A DNA stretch of 64,000 nucleotides from Dehalococcoidia bacterium (GCA_965219085.1 OZ244720.1:896001-960000); one strand, 5' to 3'. Counted from the first letter of the stretch, positions 1-10,129 are shown. A program made the numbers and translations. The notes: a model not told the origin generated them from the sequence alone.

Positions 1-104
1 CTGCACCAGCTCCCGCGCTGGCTCTACCGCTACAATGCTCGCCGACCGCACGGCGGCATTGGCGGGGCCGTCCCCGCCTCACGCCTGTAAACAACCTAAC
101 TACA
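1..104 (+). mobile_element. 3' end of an IS481-family transposase gene and degenerate right end (runs off the window edge)
   Basis: Frame 1 reads LHQLPRWLYRYNARRPHGGIGGAVPASRL* (stop 88-90), the typical YNxxRPH C-terminus of IS481 transposases, followed by ACAACCT..ACA. Confidence 0.7.
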
Positions 105-539
105 GCTGTAGCCGCGCAGTCCTGACCTCTCCCGAGACGCCAACGCACGCAGCTCGGGCCAAGAGCCCACCTGTGAGCGCCTGGAGTTGCGCGGGTGCGC
201 GCGCGCCGAGCGACGAACCGGCGGCGGACAGCGACAGCGAGCGGGGGTCAGCAGCCGCACGCACGCGCCATCGCGACCTCGCTCGGCTGCCACTTGAGGA
301 CCGCCATCGCGCGCTCGGCGACACCCTCATCATCGTCGACGCGGACGAAACGGAGGCCTGGGACACGATCGCGGACGAACTGGACTGGCGGGCCTCGGGC
401 GGCAAGCGCTCGTGCCAATTCAAGCCTCGTCGGTCGGCGCTCAACGCTACACTCGTGCCCCGGGAGATCGAGGGCACCTCGCGCACGCGCTGATTCAGCG
501 TGGGGAACACGGGCCCATTACCGTCTCGCGCGATCCGCG

Positions 540-962
540 CAGAAGTCAACCGCACCAGGATCCGGCGGACGGTCCAACTGCTCACGTCCAGGCCCTCGTG
601 CTCCCAGAGCAGCTCGGCGAGGTGGGTGTGGTTCGCTCCCGGGTAGCGGGTGGTGGCGAAGCGCACCACGGCCGAGGCGACGCCGGCCGGGACGGCGTTG
701 TGCGGACGGCGCCCGCGGTCGCCGTGCTCCAGCGACGCGGGTCCGCGCGCGCGGTAGGCGGCGAGGAGCCGCCACGCGTGTCGCTCGCTGATGCCCAGGA
801 ACTCGGCGGCCTGCGAGGCCTGCAGATCTCCGGCCATCACCCTGTCGAGTACGTAGCGTCGTGGTGCTTCGGACTGCTGCACTGTCACCCCCCTGCTCGC
901 TGGCTGGGGACTGACAGATTCGCTGCTCCGTTAGCTACTGACGGAATCGCTGACCGTCGACA
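540..962 (-). mobile_element. Truncated ISNCY/IS1202-like element: left end and N-terminal HTH part of the transposase (start 888)
   Basis: RRYVLDRV...QAAEFLGISERHAWRLLAAYR...HGDRGRRPHN HTH; end with subterminal repeats TGACAGATTCGCTG / TGACGGAATCGCTG finishing in ACA at 962; catalytic domain missing. Confidence 0.7.
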
Positions 963-998
963 CAAGCGGCGCTCGGATAATGATCCCCCGTGGGGACG

Positions 999-1625
999 TG
1001 TCCCAGCATTTCCGGCGGCGGGGCCGCGGAAGGTTGGGGGAGGGGATGCTCCGAGTGGAAGACGTGTATGTGGTACGGCACAAGGTGCTGGTCGAAGGCC
1101 TGAGCCGGCGGCAGGCCACCCGGGCGATGGGGACCAGCCGCAACACCGTCCGCAGCTACCTGACGCTGGCCGAGCTGGTGCGGGTCGCCCTCGACCTGCG
1201 GCGGAAGCCGGTCCTCGAACGGGTTCAGCCGCGCCTCGAGGCGCGGCTGGAGGAGTGGTCGGGGCGCACGACGGCGAAGCAGCGGCTGACGGCGACGAGG
1301 CTGCACCGCCAGTTGCGCGAGGGGGCTACGAGGTCCGGGACACGCTGGTGCGGGACTACCTGCGCCAGTGCCGACGCCAGCGTGCCGAGGTGTTCGACAA
1401 CCTCAAGCCGGCGGTGCGGACGGCCGCTGCTGCGCCCCGAGCCCGGTGCCCCGTTCGAGGCGCGGCGGGTACGGGCGGTCTCGGTGAGCGGCAGCGCGCT
1501 GGTGCGCGTCGAGGGGGCCCGGTACTCGGCGCCGAGCCGCTGGGCGGGCCTGCGGGCGACGGCGCTGATCGGCACCGACGAGCTGACGCTGCGCTGCCGC
1601 GGCGAGGAGGTCGCGCACCCCCCGG
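999..1625 (+). pseudogene. IS21-family transposase (IstA-like) remnant, frameshifted and internally deleted
   Basis: MLRVEDVYVVRHKVLVEGLSRRQ...SRNTVRSYL N-terminus, DNLKPAV motif, VRVEGARYSAP C-terminal motif; frames switch near 1320 and 1420. Confidence 0.7.
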
Positions 1626-1657
1626 TAGCCCTTCGGCGGCCGCCGGGTGGACTAACC

Positions 1658-2779
1658 TGTCCTATCACCGAGTCAAGGCGACAGGTGCCGGCCTTCTGAA
1701 ATAGGGGCCAGGCGGTACATCCTGCTGTGTGTTGCAGCACAGGAAGGATCTCCGCCATGACCCCCGAAGACGTACTGTACCGCCAGCGACTGCGCACGTT
1801 CGCGCTCGCCGAGGAGCTCGGCAGCGTCCGGGCCGCCTGCCGGGTGATGGGCATCCACCACTCGACGTTCTATCGCTGGAAGGCCCAGGCCGAGCGCTAC
1901 GGCCTGGAGCTGCCGCGGCCCCGCGAGCGCCGCCAGCCGCGCATGCCCAACGCCACCAGTCCGCTCGTCGAGCAGCGCGTCGTGGCCTTCGCCCTCGGCC
2001 AGCCCGGCTTCGGACCTGCGCGCATCGCCGCCGAGTTGGCGCGGCCCAAGTGGGGCGGCATCCGGCTCTCCCACAACGGGGTCTGGCGCATCCTCAAGCG
2101 CCACGCCTCAACACCCGCCGCAAGCGCCTCGGCCTCGTCGCCGGCTACGCAGCTCCTCCCGAGCCAACACCCCCCGAACCGCAGCCCGAGCGCCACCTGG
2201 AGGCCTCCAGGCCCGGAGAACTGGTGCAGTTCGACTGTTTCCACGTCGGACGGCTCTCCGGCGCCAGGGGCACCGTCTGGCAGTACACGGCCATCGACGT
2301 CGCCTCCGCCTACACCTGGGCTGAGCTGCACACCACCCCGCGCAACCCGTCGGCGAAGTGGACCTCGCACCTCGCCCGCCGCGTTGCCGCCGGCCTCGCC
2401 GCCCGCGGCTGGGAGCTCGAGACCGTGATGACCGACAACGGATCAGAGTTCCGTTCGCATGTCTTCGGCGAGACGGTCGCCGCCCGCGGCGCCCGCCAGC
2501 GCTTCATCCACGCCGGCAGGCCCCAGACCAACGGCTGCGTCGAGCGGGTGCAGGGCACGATCCTCGAGGAGTGCTGGAAGCCGTCCTTCGCGCGCCACCT
2601 CATCCCGAAGCAGACAGGTCTCCGCAACGACCTCGTGCGCTACCTGGACTACTACAACACCGACCGCGCCCACACCGGCCGCTGGACGCGCGGCCGCACC
2701 CCCGAGAGCGTGATCGGCAAGGCCAAGCTATGGTCGTGACGCACAGCCCGATGTGTCGGCAGATCCCGGTGACAGGACA
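1658..2779 (+). mobile_element. Complete IS481-family insertion sequence, 1122 bp, 26-bp imperfect IRs, 8-bp target duplication GACTAACC
   Basis: Left TGTCCTATCACCGAGTCAAGGCGACA, right TGTCGGCAGATCCCGGTGACAGGACA; GACTAACC at 1650-1657 and 2780-2787. Confidence 0.9.
1757..2739 (+). pseudogene. IS481-family DDE transposase with a 1-nt frameshift near 2104
   Basis: HTH (SVRAACRVMGIHHSTFYRWK) in one frame; rve core (LVQFD, TDNGSEF, PQTNGCVER, YNTDRAH) in another; the join KRH(G)LNTR lacks one base. Confidence 0.85.
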
Positions 2780-4750
2780 GACTAACCCCCGTTCTCGCCG
2801 ACAGCGGAGGCGCCTCCCCGACAGTGGTCACGGTGCAATCCGGGGAGATCCTGCGAATGCGGTTCCCCCGGGAGTCGGCGACGAAGATGGAGCCGTCCTC
2901 GTCCACGGCCACGCCCTGCGGCCGAGCGAACTGCGCCTCGCCGCATGGCCCGTCCAGCACGCCCTCGCCATTCCCACCGCCGATCGTGGCCACCCTCCCA
3001 TCGAGGGCAACGCGCCGTATCGCATGGTTCTCGGAGTCGGCGACGATGACGTTTCCTTCGGCGTCCAGCGCCATTCCCCACGGCCGGTAGAAGAGCGCGC
3101 TACGAGCCATGCCGTCGACGAGCCGGGACGCGCCACGCGTCGAGTACCCTCGTCTGCCGGCGAAGACCTCGGTCGTCACACCCTGCACGCGCGGGATCTC
3201 GCGCGCTCCGGCAACTTGCAGCGCCGGCGGCCCGAGCCTGTTGTCTCCCAGCGCAACCCTGCGAATCACGTTGTTGCCCTCGTCCGCGACGACGAGCACG
3301 CCGTCGTCGGAAAGGGCCATCGCTCCCGGCAGGTTGAAGGCCGTGGTGTCGAGCGCGCCGTTCGTGTAGCCGGCGACGCCGGTGCCGGCCACGGCGCGCA
3401 GGTTGCCCGCACCCGTCAGCCGGACGATCTGGTGCCGGCCCGTGTTGGCGATGTAGATCACGCCGTTGTCGGACACGGCGATCCCCACCGGATGCGCGAG
3501 CGTTCCTCCTCGGCCAGCGTGAGGATCCCGATAGAGCGTCTCCACCATGCCGTCCGTATCGATCCTGCGGAGCGAGACGGGGCCACCATCCCGGCTGTCG
3601 ACGACGTACAGGTTGCCCCGCGCGTCGATGTCTACCGCCAGCAGGTTCTGGAACTGGGCCCCGGACACGGGGCCGTCCCGGTGACCGAGGCCGGACGCTC
3701 CGGCGTAGGTCAAGACCCACCCCGACGGCGAGAGCCGCCTGATGCGCTGGTGATACTCGATGATGTAGATGTCGCCGTAGTCATCGATCGCGATGCCGTT
3801 GGGGGAAGCAAACCTCGCGTCCGACGACGGACCGTCGACCACGGTTCCGCGCCCACCCGTGGGACCGCCCCCCGCCACCGTGGTCACCGTCCCGTCCGGC
3901 GCGATCTTGCGAATGCGGTGGCTCCGGATGTCCGCGACGTAGATCGAGCCATGAGGGGCAATGGCCACGTCCTTCGGCTCGACGAATTGCGCCGTGTCGG
4001 CGGGGCCGTCGCGTACTCCCTGGCCGTTGCCCCCGGCGATCGTGGTCACCGTCCCATCCGGCAAGATCCGCCGGATCGCCGCGTTGCTACTATCCGCCAC
4101 CACCACACTTCCGTCGCGGTCGACTGCCAGCCCCAGGTCGAGGTCCTCGAAGTACCGGGCGAATAGCGCTTCGCCTGCCGGCCCGTCCGCGTAGCCACGC
4201 TCTCCAGGCCGTCCCGCGAGGGTCGTGACCCCGTCCGCGGGCAGCGTGACCTCGAGACTGATGTCACCGAAGCGGTGTCCCGTGGAGCTGATGCCGTCGT
4301 CCAGCAGCAGGCGGACCGTCCCCAGCGTCAGCCAGGAGCCGCGCGCTGGGCGGGCGCTGATGTAGATGACCCCTGGGCGCACGCCCTGCCAGACGCGGAC
4401 TTCGACGGCGGCCGGCGTTTCCCAGTTGTGCACGGCCACGTTGAGCGTGATGTTCCCGTAGCGGCATCTCGTGGAGCTGACGCCGTCTCCAGCGCCAGCG
4501 GGATCATCCCCAGCGTCCGCCACGAGCCATCCGCCGGACGGGCGCCGACGTGGATGTCCTGTTCGTCCTCCACGTCCTGCCAGACGCGCACCTCGAGCCT
4601 GAGCGTGCCCGCGCCGTACCCGGCCGCCTCGGCGCCCGTCGTCCCGGCGCCCGCCGGCCACACCGAGCACCATCGCCATCCCGAGGATCGCCAACGTTCT
4701 CAAGGGTGACCCGCGGACGGGGCCCGACGACTCCAGGACGAGATGCGCAC
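2780..4750 (-). pseudogene. Secreted NHL-repeat beta-propeller protein, 3'-truncated at the IS cluster and with compensating frameshifts near the 5' end
   Basis: Many NHL repeats (PxGxAVDxDGxxxVADxxNxxIRRIxxDGxVTTxAG); signal-like LRTLAILGMAMVLGVAG; start uncertain. Confidence 0.8.
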
Positions 4751-4816
4751 GGACGGCCCAGAGCGTGCTCGGCTTATGGCGCAACCCCAGGACCCGCGCC
4801 CGCAGGCGCTCCGGTG

Positions 4817-5692
4817 CTAGCTGTCGTCCCCGGAGCCGTCGCCGTTGGCGCCCATGCTCGCGAGGCCGGACAGCGTGCCGCTCAGCCCTCCGGCGATGCT
4901 CGCGAGGTCCATCGGAATGATCCACTTCGTGGACTCGCCCGCGCCGAGCTGCTTCATCATGTCCAGGTACTGCAGCCCCATCGTCTTCGAGTCGACGCCC
5001 TGCGCCGTCTCGTAGATGCGCTGGAGGCCGACCGAGAAGCCCTCGGCCTCCAGGATCTGCGCCTGGCGCGACCCCTCGGCACGCAGGATCGAGGACTCAC
5101 GGACGCCCTCGGCCTCGAGGATGGCGGACTGCTTGTTGCCCTCGGCGACGTTGATCGCGGCCTGCCGTTCGCCCTCGGACTCGGTGATGAGCGCGCGCTT
5201 CGTGCGGTCGGCGGTCAGCAACTGGGTCATCGCGTGCTGGATGTCGGGCTGCGGCGTGATCTCGCGGATCTCAACGGAGCGCACGTCGACGCCCCAGCGC
5301 ACGGTCTCCTCGGAGATCTTGACCTGGAGCCGCGTGTTGATCTCCTCGCGGCGTGCCAGCACGTCCTCCACCGTCATGTCGCCGATCACGGCGCGCAGCG
5401 AGGTGGTCGCGAGGTTGCGGACGGCGATCACGAAGTTGTTGATGTTGATGATCGCATCATCGGGTTGGGCGACCTGCAGGAACACCACGAAGTCGACGTC
5501 GACGAGCGCGTTGTCCTTGGTGATCGAGGTCTGCTTCGGCTCCTCGATCACGAACTCGCGCATGTCGACGCGCGTGCCCTGGTCGATGAACGGGAGCAGG
5601 ATCACGAGTCCCGGCCCGCGGGTTCCGATGTGACGACCGAGGCGGAAGACGACCGCCCGCTCGTACTGCTTGACGACGTTGATAAAGAACAT
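4817..5692 (-). CDS. SPFH/band-7/stomatin-family protein (QmcA-like)
   Basis: VKQYERAVVFRLG, ITKDNALVDVD, TSLRAVIG, WGVDVRSVEI, coiled-coil AEG repeats. Confidence 0.9.
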   Translation of the reverse strand: MFFINVVKQYERAVVFRLGRHIGTRGPGLVILLPFIDQGTRVDMREFVIEEPKQTSITKDNALVDVDFVVFLQVAQPDDAIININNFVIAVRNLATTSLRAVIGDMTVEDVLARREEINTRLQVKISEETVRWGVDVRSVEIREITPQPDIQHAMTQLLTADRTKRALITESEGERQAAINVAEGNKQSAILEAEGVRESSILRAEGSRQAQILEAEGFSVGLQRIYETAQGVDSKTMGLQYLDMMKQLGAGESTKWIIPMDLASIAGGLSGTLSGLASMGANGDGSGDDS

Positions 5693-5844
5693 GTCCCCGC
5701 CCTTCTACTCGGACGCGTCGAGTATAGCCCTCGGCACCCTGCGCGAACGGGCGCTTCGGCTCGCGTTCGGAATCGGCTATATTCCGTTCGTCGCTGGACA
5801 AGTCGCGCCATGCAGGCGAGGCTTGCGCGGAGGAGACTCCGTCG

Positions 5845-7647
5845 ATGCCGAATCGCGCCTCGAGTGACGCTTGGTTGGACGTGATCGCGACCCCGATCCG
5901 GGGCGTCGCCGAGCGCGTGGCCGGAGCGGTGCGTGAGGCCGACGGGCGGGTGTCGGAGGCCGTCAACCGCAGGCGCGAGGCCGCCGAGGGACTGTACGCG
6001 TCGCACGGCCATCGCATCCCGTCCCCGGCCGTGCGTGTCGTCAACTTGATGCTGCCCCCGCGGCTCTCGCACCCCGGCTGGTCGCCCGGCGCCGGCGAGG
6101 ACCTGCTGGTCGACACCATTGCCGAGCCGATCCTCGGCGCGGTGTCGCAGGTGCGCGAAGTCGCACGCGACGCCGACGAGCGCGTGTGCGAGGTCGTGGG
6201 TCGCAAGCGCCGCATAGCCCTCGAACTCTGCGGCGCGCAGGCCGAGCGCATCCCGACGCCCGCGATGCGCGTCGTGAACCTCGTGCTCCCGCCGCGGCTG
6301 TCCCACCCTGGCTGGACGCCCGGCACGGGCGACGACCTGCTCGTCGACCTGCTCACCGAGCCGATCATGGAGGCCGTCTCGCAGGTGCGCGAGGTGGCGC
6401 GCGACGCCGATGACCGTGTGTCCGAGGCCGTGCACCGCAAGCGCCGGCGCGCGATCGAGCTGTACGGCGCGTACAGCCACCACATCCCGCCCACCGCGCT
6501 GCGTGTCGTGAGCCTGATGCTCCCGCCGCGCCTCGTGGACGGCGGCGCGCCCCCCGTTGAAGGGGTCGGCCGCGCGGCCTGGTCGACCACCGCGCTGCGA
6601 GGCCGGCCGCGCCGGCGCCCCGCTCCCGCGCGCTTCGACGAGCTCCCGCCCGCGGCACGACCGCGACCCGACGCACGCTCTCACGCACCTCGTGGGGCGG
6701 TCCGGCCGCACCGCCCGGGCAGCGTCACGCCACACACGCTGCTGCTCGCGGCGCCGCGCGGCTTCTGCGCGGGCGTCGTGCGCGCCGTCGACGCCCTCGA
6801 GATGGTGGTCGAGCGCGAACCACCGCCGATCTACGCGTTCCACGAGATCGTGCACAACCGGCACATCGTCGAGAGCTTCGAGGCGCGCGGCGTGGTCTTC
6901 ATCGACGATGTCGCCGAGGCACCGGACGGGGCCCGCATCGTCTTCAGCGCCCACGGCGTCTCGCCTACCGTGGTCGAGGATGCCCGACGCCGCGACATGC
7001 GCATCATCGACGCCACCTGCCCGCTCGTGACGCGGGTCCACCTCGAGACGAAGCGCGCGGCGAGCCAGGGCTACGACGTGCTCCTCGTCGGCCACCGCGG
7101 GCACGACGAGGCCGTCGGGACCGTCGGTGAGGCGCCCGAGCAGACGCGCATCGTCGAGGATCCCGCCGAGGTCGCCGCCCTCGGCGCCATCGAGCGGCCG
7201 GTCTTCGTCGTCACGCAGACAACGCTCTCGATGGACGACACCGCGGGTGTCATCGGCGAGATCCGCGACCGCTACCCCGCCGCCGAGATCCGCAACGACA
7301 TCTGCTACGCCACCACCAACCGCCAGCACGCGGCACGCGCGATCGCGCAGCAGGCCGACCTCGTGCTCGTCGTCGGCTCGCGCAACTCAAGCAACTCGAT
7401 GCGGCTGCGCGAGGTCGCCGAGGATGCCGGCGCGACGGCCTACCTCGTCGACGGCATCGAAGACGTCGACCCGGCCTGGTACGAGGGCATGGAGGTCGTG
7501 GGCCTCACGTCCGGCGCGTCCGTCCCCGACGCACTCCTCGACCCGATCATCGAGGACCTCAAGGCACGCGGCGTCACGAAGGTGGAGCCCGTCGTGCTGA
7601 CCGAGGAGGACGTCGAGTTCCGTCTCCCGGACGAACTCGAGACGTAG
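5845..7647 (+). CDS. ispH: 4-hydroxy-3-methylbut-2-enyl diphosphate reductase IspH with a ~295-aa N-terminal extension containing three 78-aa repeats
   Basis: PRGFCAGV, HEIVHN, FSAHG, DATCPLV, HRGHDE, TQTT, DICYATTNRQ, SSNS, TSGAS motifs; GGAGG SD before ATG 5845; continuous ORF. Confidence 0.9.
   Translation: MPNRASSDAWLDVIATPIRGVAERVAGAVREADGRVSEAVNRRREAAEGLYASHGHRIPSPAVRVVNLMLPPRLSHPGWSPGAGEDLLVDTIAEPILGAVSQVREVARDADERVCEVVGRKRRIALELCGAQAERIPTPAMRVVNLVLPPRLSHPGWTPGTGDDLLVDLLTEPIMEAVSQVREVARDADDRVSEAVHRKRRRAIELYGAYSHHIPPTALRVVSLMLPPRLVDGGAPPVEGVGRAAWSTTALRGRPRRRPAPARFDELPPAARPRPDARSHAPRGAVRPHRPGSVTPHTLLLAAPRGFCAGVVRAVDALEMVVEREPPPIYAFHEIVHNRHIVESFEARGVVFIDDVAEAPDGARIVFSAHGVSPTVVEDARRRDMRIIDATCPLVTRVHLETKRAASQGYDVLLVGHRGHDEAVGTVGEAPEQTRIVEDPAEVAALGAIERPVFVVTQTTLSMDDTAGVIGEIRDRYPAAEIRNDICYATTNRQHAARAIAQQADLVLVVGSRNSSNSMRLREVAEDAGATAYLVDGIEDVDPAWYEGMEVVGLTSGASVPDALLDPIIEDLKARGVTKVEPVVLTEEDVEFRLPDELET
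5875..6540 (+). repeat. Three diverged 234-bp (78-aa) coding repeats at the IspH N-terminus
   Basis: Equivalent CCGATC (Pro-Ile) codons at 5893, 6127, 6361; each repeat has V.E..R.AD.RV.E.V.R.R...IP..A.RVV.L.LPPRL. Confidence 0.9.
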
Positions 7648-7649
7648 CG

Positions 7650-7862
7650 TCACGCGCGCGGCCGGTCCTCTGATTCAGGGCGCAACGTGATCGGGACGGC
7701 TCGTCGGGGGTCGTCCGCGTCGAAGTGGGTGCGGACAGCGTCTCGTGTCATCTCACGGAGTTCCTCGAAGGTGTCCGCCTCGGTGAAGATCGAGTGCCCC
7801 AGCGCGCGTGCGGTGTAGCCGCCCTCTGGCGCTTCCTGAACCTCGAAGATGACCCGGCTCAT
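7650..7862 (-). CDS. HicB-like antitoxin-family small protein (orphan)
   Basis: IFEVQEAPEGGYTARALGHSIFTEADTFEELREMTRDAV fits the HicB partial RNase H fold pattern. Confidence 0.7.
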   Translation of the reverse strand: MSRVIFEVQEAPEGGYTARALGHSIFTEADTFEELREMTRDAVRTHFDADDPRRAVPITLRPESEDRPRA

Positions 7863-7867
7863 GCTTC

Positions 7868-8206
7868 TCAGTCGGTGCCTGCGGGCGCGTGGATTTCGAG
7901 GGTCTTGCCCTCCCGCTTCGCTTCAAGCCATCGCTGGAGCGACTCCTGGCTCTCCCCCGAAGCCCGGCCCGCGAGCAGCCCTTCCACGCTGATGTCCTCA
8001 TCGAGATCGGGCCAATGGATGCCCTTGCCCCCGCCGATCAGCCTCCAGTTGCCCCGTTCCTGCTCGGAGGCGTGCATCAGCCGGGGATACCATACGAGCG
8101 GGACGGAGATGGTCCTGCCATCGGACAGTTCGGCGGTCAACGTGTCGTCTGTGACGGTGATGTCGCCCGCATCGGGAACCCTGACCTCAAGCATCGAAGT
8201 ATGCAT
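7868..8206 (-). CDS. DUF2442-family protein (putative antitoxin)
   Basis: LSDGRTISVPLVWYPRL...IHWPDLDEDISVEGLL signature. Confidence 0.85.
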   Translation of the reverse strand: MHTSMLEVRVPDAGDITVTDDTLTAELSDGRTISVPLVWYPRLMHASEQERGNWRLIGGGKGIHWPDLDEDISVEGLLAGRASGESQESLQRWLEAKREGKTLEIHAPAGTD

Positions 8207-8241
8207 ACCAGGACTCCGTGAGAAACGCCCGTCGCTCGCCA

Positions 8242-8646
8242 TTATTCCGCGCCCGGCGGCTCCACCACACGCACCGACGCCCGGCTCACCTCGATCCCCC
8301 CGATCACGAGGTGGAAGGAGTGGTCACCGTAGTCCGGGAAGTTCACGCCCACGAGGTTCACGAGCACGCGAGCCGTCCCGCTGGTGCCGCCCGTGAGCGT
8401 CGGGAACGGCAGCTCACCCTCGACCTTGTCGACGATGTCCTGGCCGTCGGCGTCGAAGCCACGCACCTCGAGGCGGTGGCTGCCCGCCTCCGCGGACGAG
8501 TAGCGAATCTGCGCCACCATCGTGAGCTGCGGGTGTCGCGTCGGCACCGAGTGCGCCTGGATCCTGTCGATCCCGACGCCGAGCGCGTGCAGCTTCCCGC
8601 CGGACTCCTCCGCGTAGTCGCTGAGGAACGCGAAATCCACTTCCAT
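8242..8646 (-). CDS. Conserved hypothetical protein (DUF6941-like)
   Basis: AFLSDYAEESGGKLHALG...FPDYGDHSFHLVIGG pattern; directly downstream of lpdA. Confidence 0.6.
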   Translation of the reverse strand: MEVDFAFLSDYAEESGGKLHALGVGIDRIQAHSVPTRHPQLTMVAQIRYSSAEAGSHRLEVRGFDADGQDIVDKVEGELPFPTLTGGTSGTARVLVNLVGVNFPDYGDHSFHLVIGGIEVSRASVRVVEPPGAE

Positions 8647-8674
8647 GCCGGTTGGCCCTTCCAGTGTGCGGCGG

Positions 8675-10129
8675 CTATCGCCTGCGTCGCCCGATGTAGT
8701 CCGGACTGCGATCGTAGAACGCGGCGGCCGCGTGCATCAGTGTCTCCGACAGCGTCGGGTGCGGGTGGATGGTCAGCTCAAGATCCTGCGCGACTGCGCC
8801 CATCTCGATGGCGAGCACCGCCTCGCTGATCAGCTCGCCCGCGCCCTTGCCGACGATGCCGACGCCGAGCACGCGGTGCGTGTGCGGCTCCAGCACGAGC
8901 TTCGTCGCGCCGTCGTTGCGCCCGATCGTCGTGGCGCGGCCCGAGGCGGCCCACGGCATCGTCGACACCTCGACCTCGATGCGGCGGTCGGTGGCCTCGG
9001 TCTCGGTCAGGCCGGCCCACGCGATCTCCGGGTCGGTGTAGATCACGGCGGGGACGACGCGCTCGTCCCACGCCGAGGGCTTGCCGGCGATGGCCTCGAC
9101 GGCGACGGGCGCCTCGTGCGCGGCCTTGTGCGCGAGCATCGGCTCACCGGCCACGTCGCCCACCGCGAAGATGTTCGGCTCCGCGGTGCGGCGCTGCGTG
9201 TCGGCCTCGATGAAGCCGCGCGCGTCGAGCTGCACGCTGGTGTGCTCGAGGCCGAGACCGGCGCTGTTCGGCCTGCGCCCCACGGCGACGAGCACCTGGT
9301 CGAAGACGTGCTCCTCGGGCTCGCCCTCGTTGCCCGCGATGCGGGCGCGGACGCCGTCGGCGGTCTCCTCCATGCCGAGCACGGTGGTCTCGAGGCGGAT
9401 CGCCTCGAAGCTGCGCCGCAGCCGGCGCTGTAGCTGCCGCACGAGGTCGCGGTCGACGCCGGGCAGCAGCCCGGCCGTCATCTCGACGACCGTCACACGC
9501 GAGCCGAGCGCGGCGTAGACGCTGCCGAGTTCGAGCCCAATGTACCCGCCGCCGATGACCAGCAGCGTCTCCGGCACGCGCTCGAGTTCGAGCGCGGAGG
9601 TCGAATCGAGCAGGCGCGGGCTGTCGATGTCGATCGCCGGGATCCTCGACGGCGAGGAGCCCGTGGCGACGATGGCGTAGTCGAACTCGATGGTCTGCGG
9701 CGGGCCGCCGTCAGTGGGCGCGACGCCCACCGTGTGGGCATCGAGGAAGGTCGCGCGGCCCTGCACGGAGTGCACCTTGTGCTGGCTGGAGAGCTGGCCG
9801 AGCCCGCCGGTCAGCCGGTCGACGACGCCCTGCTTGAAGCCGCGCAGGCGGTCGAGGTCGATCGCCGGCTCGCCGAAGGCGACGCCCCAGTCCTCGGCGA
9901 GGCGCGCCTCCTCGATCAGCCCGGCGACGTGCAGCAGCGCCTTCGAGGGGATGCAGCCGCGGTAGAGGCACACCCCGCCGGGGTTCGGTTGCTCGTCGAT
10001 GAGCGTGACGTGCATCCCCATGTCGGCGGCGAGGAACGCGGCCGGATAGCCGCCGGGGCCGCCGCCAATGACTGCCAACCGGACACCCCCCGCCGGGTAT
10101 CCCGGCGTTCCAGAGGCCTGAGTGGTCAC
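8675..10129 (-). CDS. lpdA: Dihydrolipoamide dehydrogenase (E3)
   Basis: IGGGPGGY, GGVCLYRGCIPSK, IGGGYIGLE, HPHPTLSE; GTG start after a GGAG-type SD. Confidence 0.95.
   Translation of the reverse strand: MTTQASGTPGYPAGGVRLAVIGGGPGGYPAAFLAADMGMHVTLIDEQPNPGGVCLYRGCIPSKALLHVAGLIEEARLAEDWGVAFGEPAIDLDRLRGFKQGVVDRLTGGLGQLSSQHKVHSVQGRATFLDAHTVGVAPTDGGPPQTIEFDYAIVATGSSPSRIPAIDIDSPRLLDSTSALELERVPETLLVIGGGYIGLELGSVYAALGSRVTVVEMTAGLLPGVDRDLVRQLQRRLRRSFEAIRLETTVLGMEETADGVRARIAGNEGEPEEHVFDQVLVAVGRRPNSAGLGLEHTSVQLDARGFIEADTQRRTAEPNIFAVGDVAGEPMLAHKAAHEAPVAVEAIAGKPSAWDERVVPAVIYTDPEIAWAGLTETEATDRRIEVEVSTMPWAASGRATTIGRNDGATKLVLEPHTHRVLGVGIVGKGAGELISEAVLAIEMGAVAQDLELTIHPHPTLSETLMHAAAAFYDRSPDYIGRRRR

Noticed and set aside
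2090-2115. Programmed frameshift in the IS481 transposase
   Set aside because: No slippery heptamer and IS481 transposases are single ORFs; a simple 1-nt deletion or sequencing error is more likely
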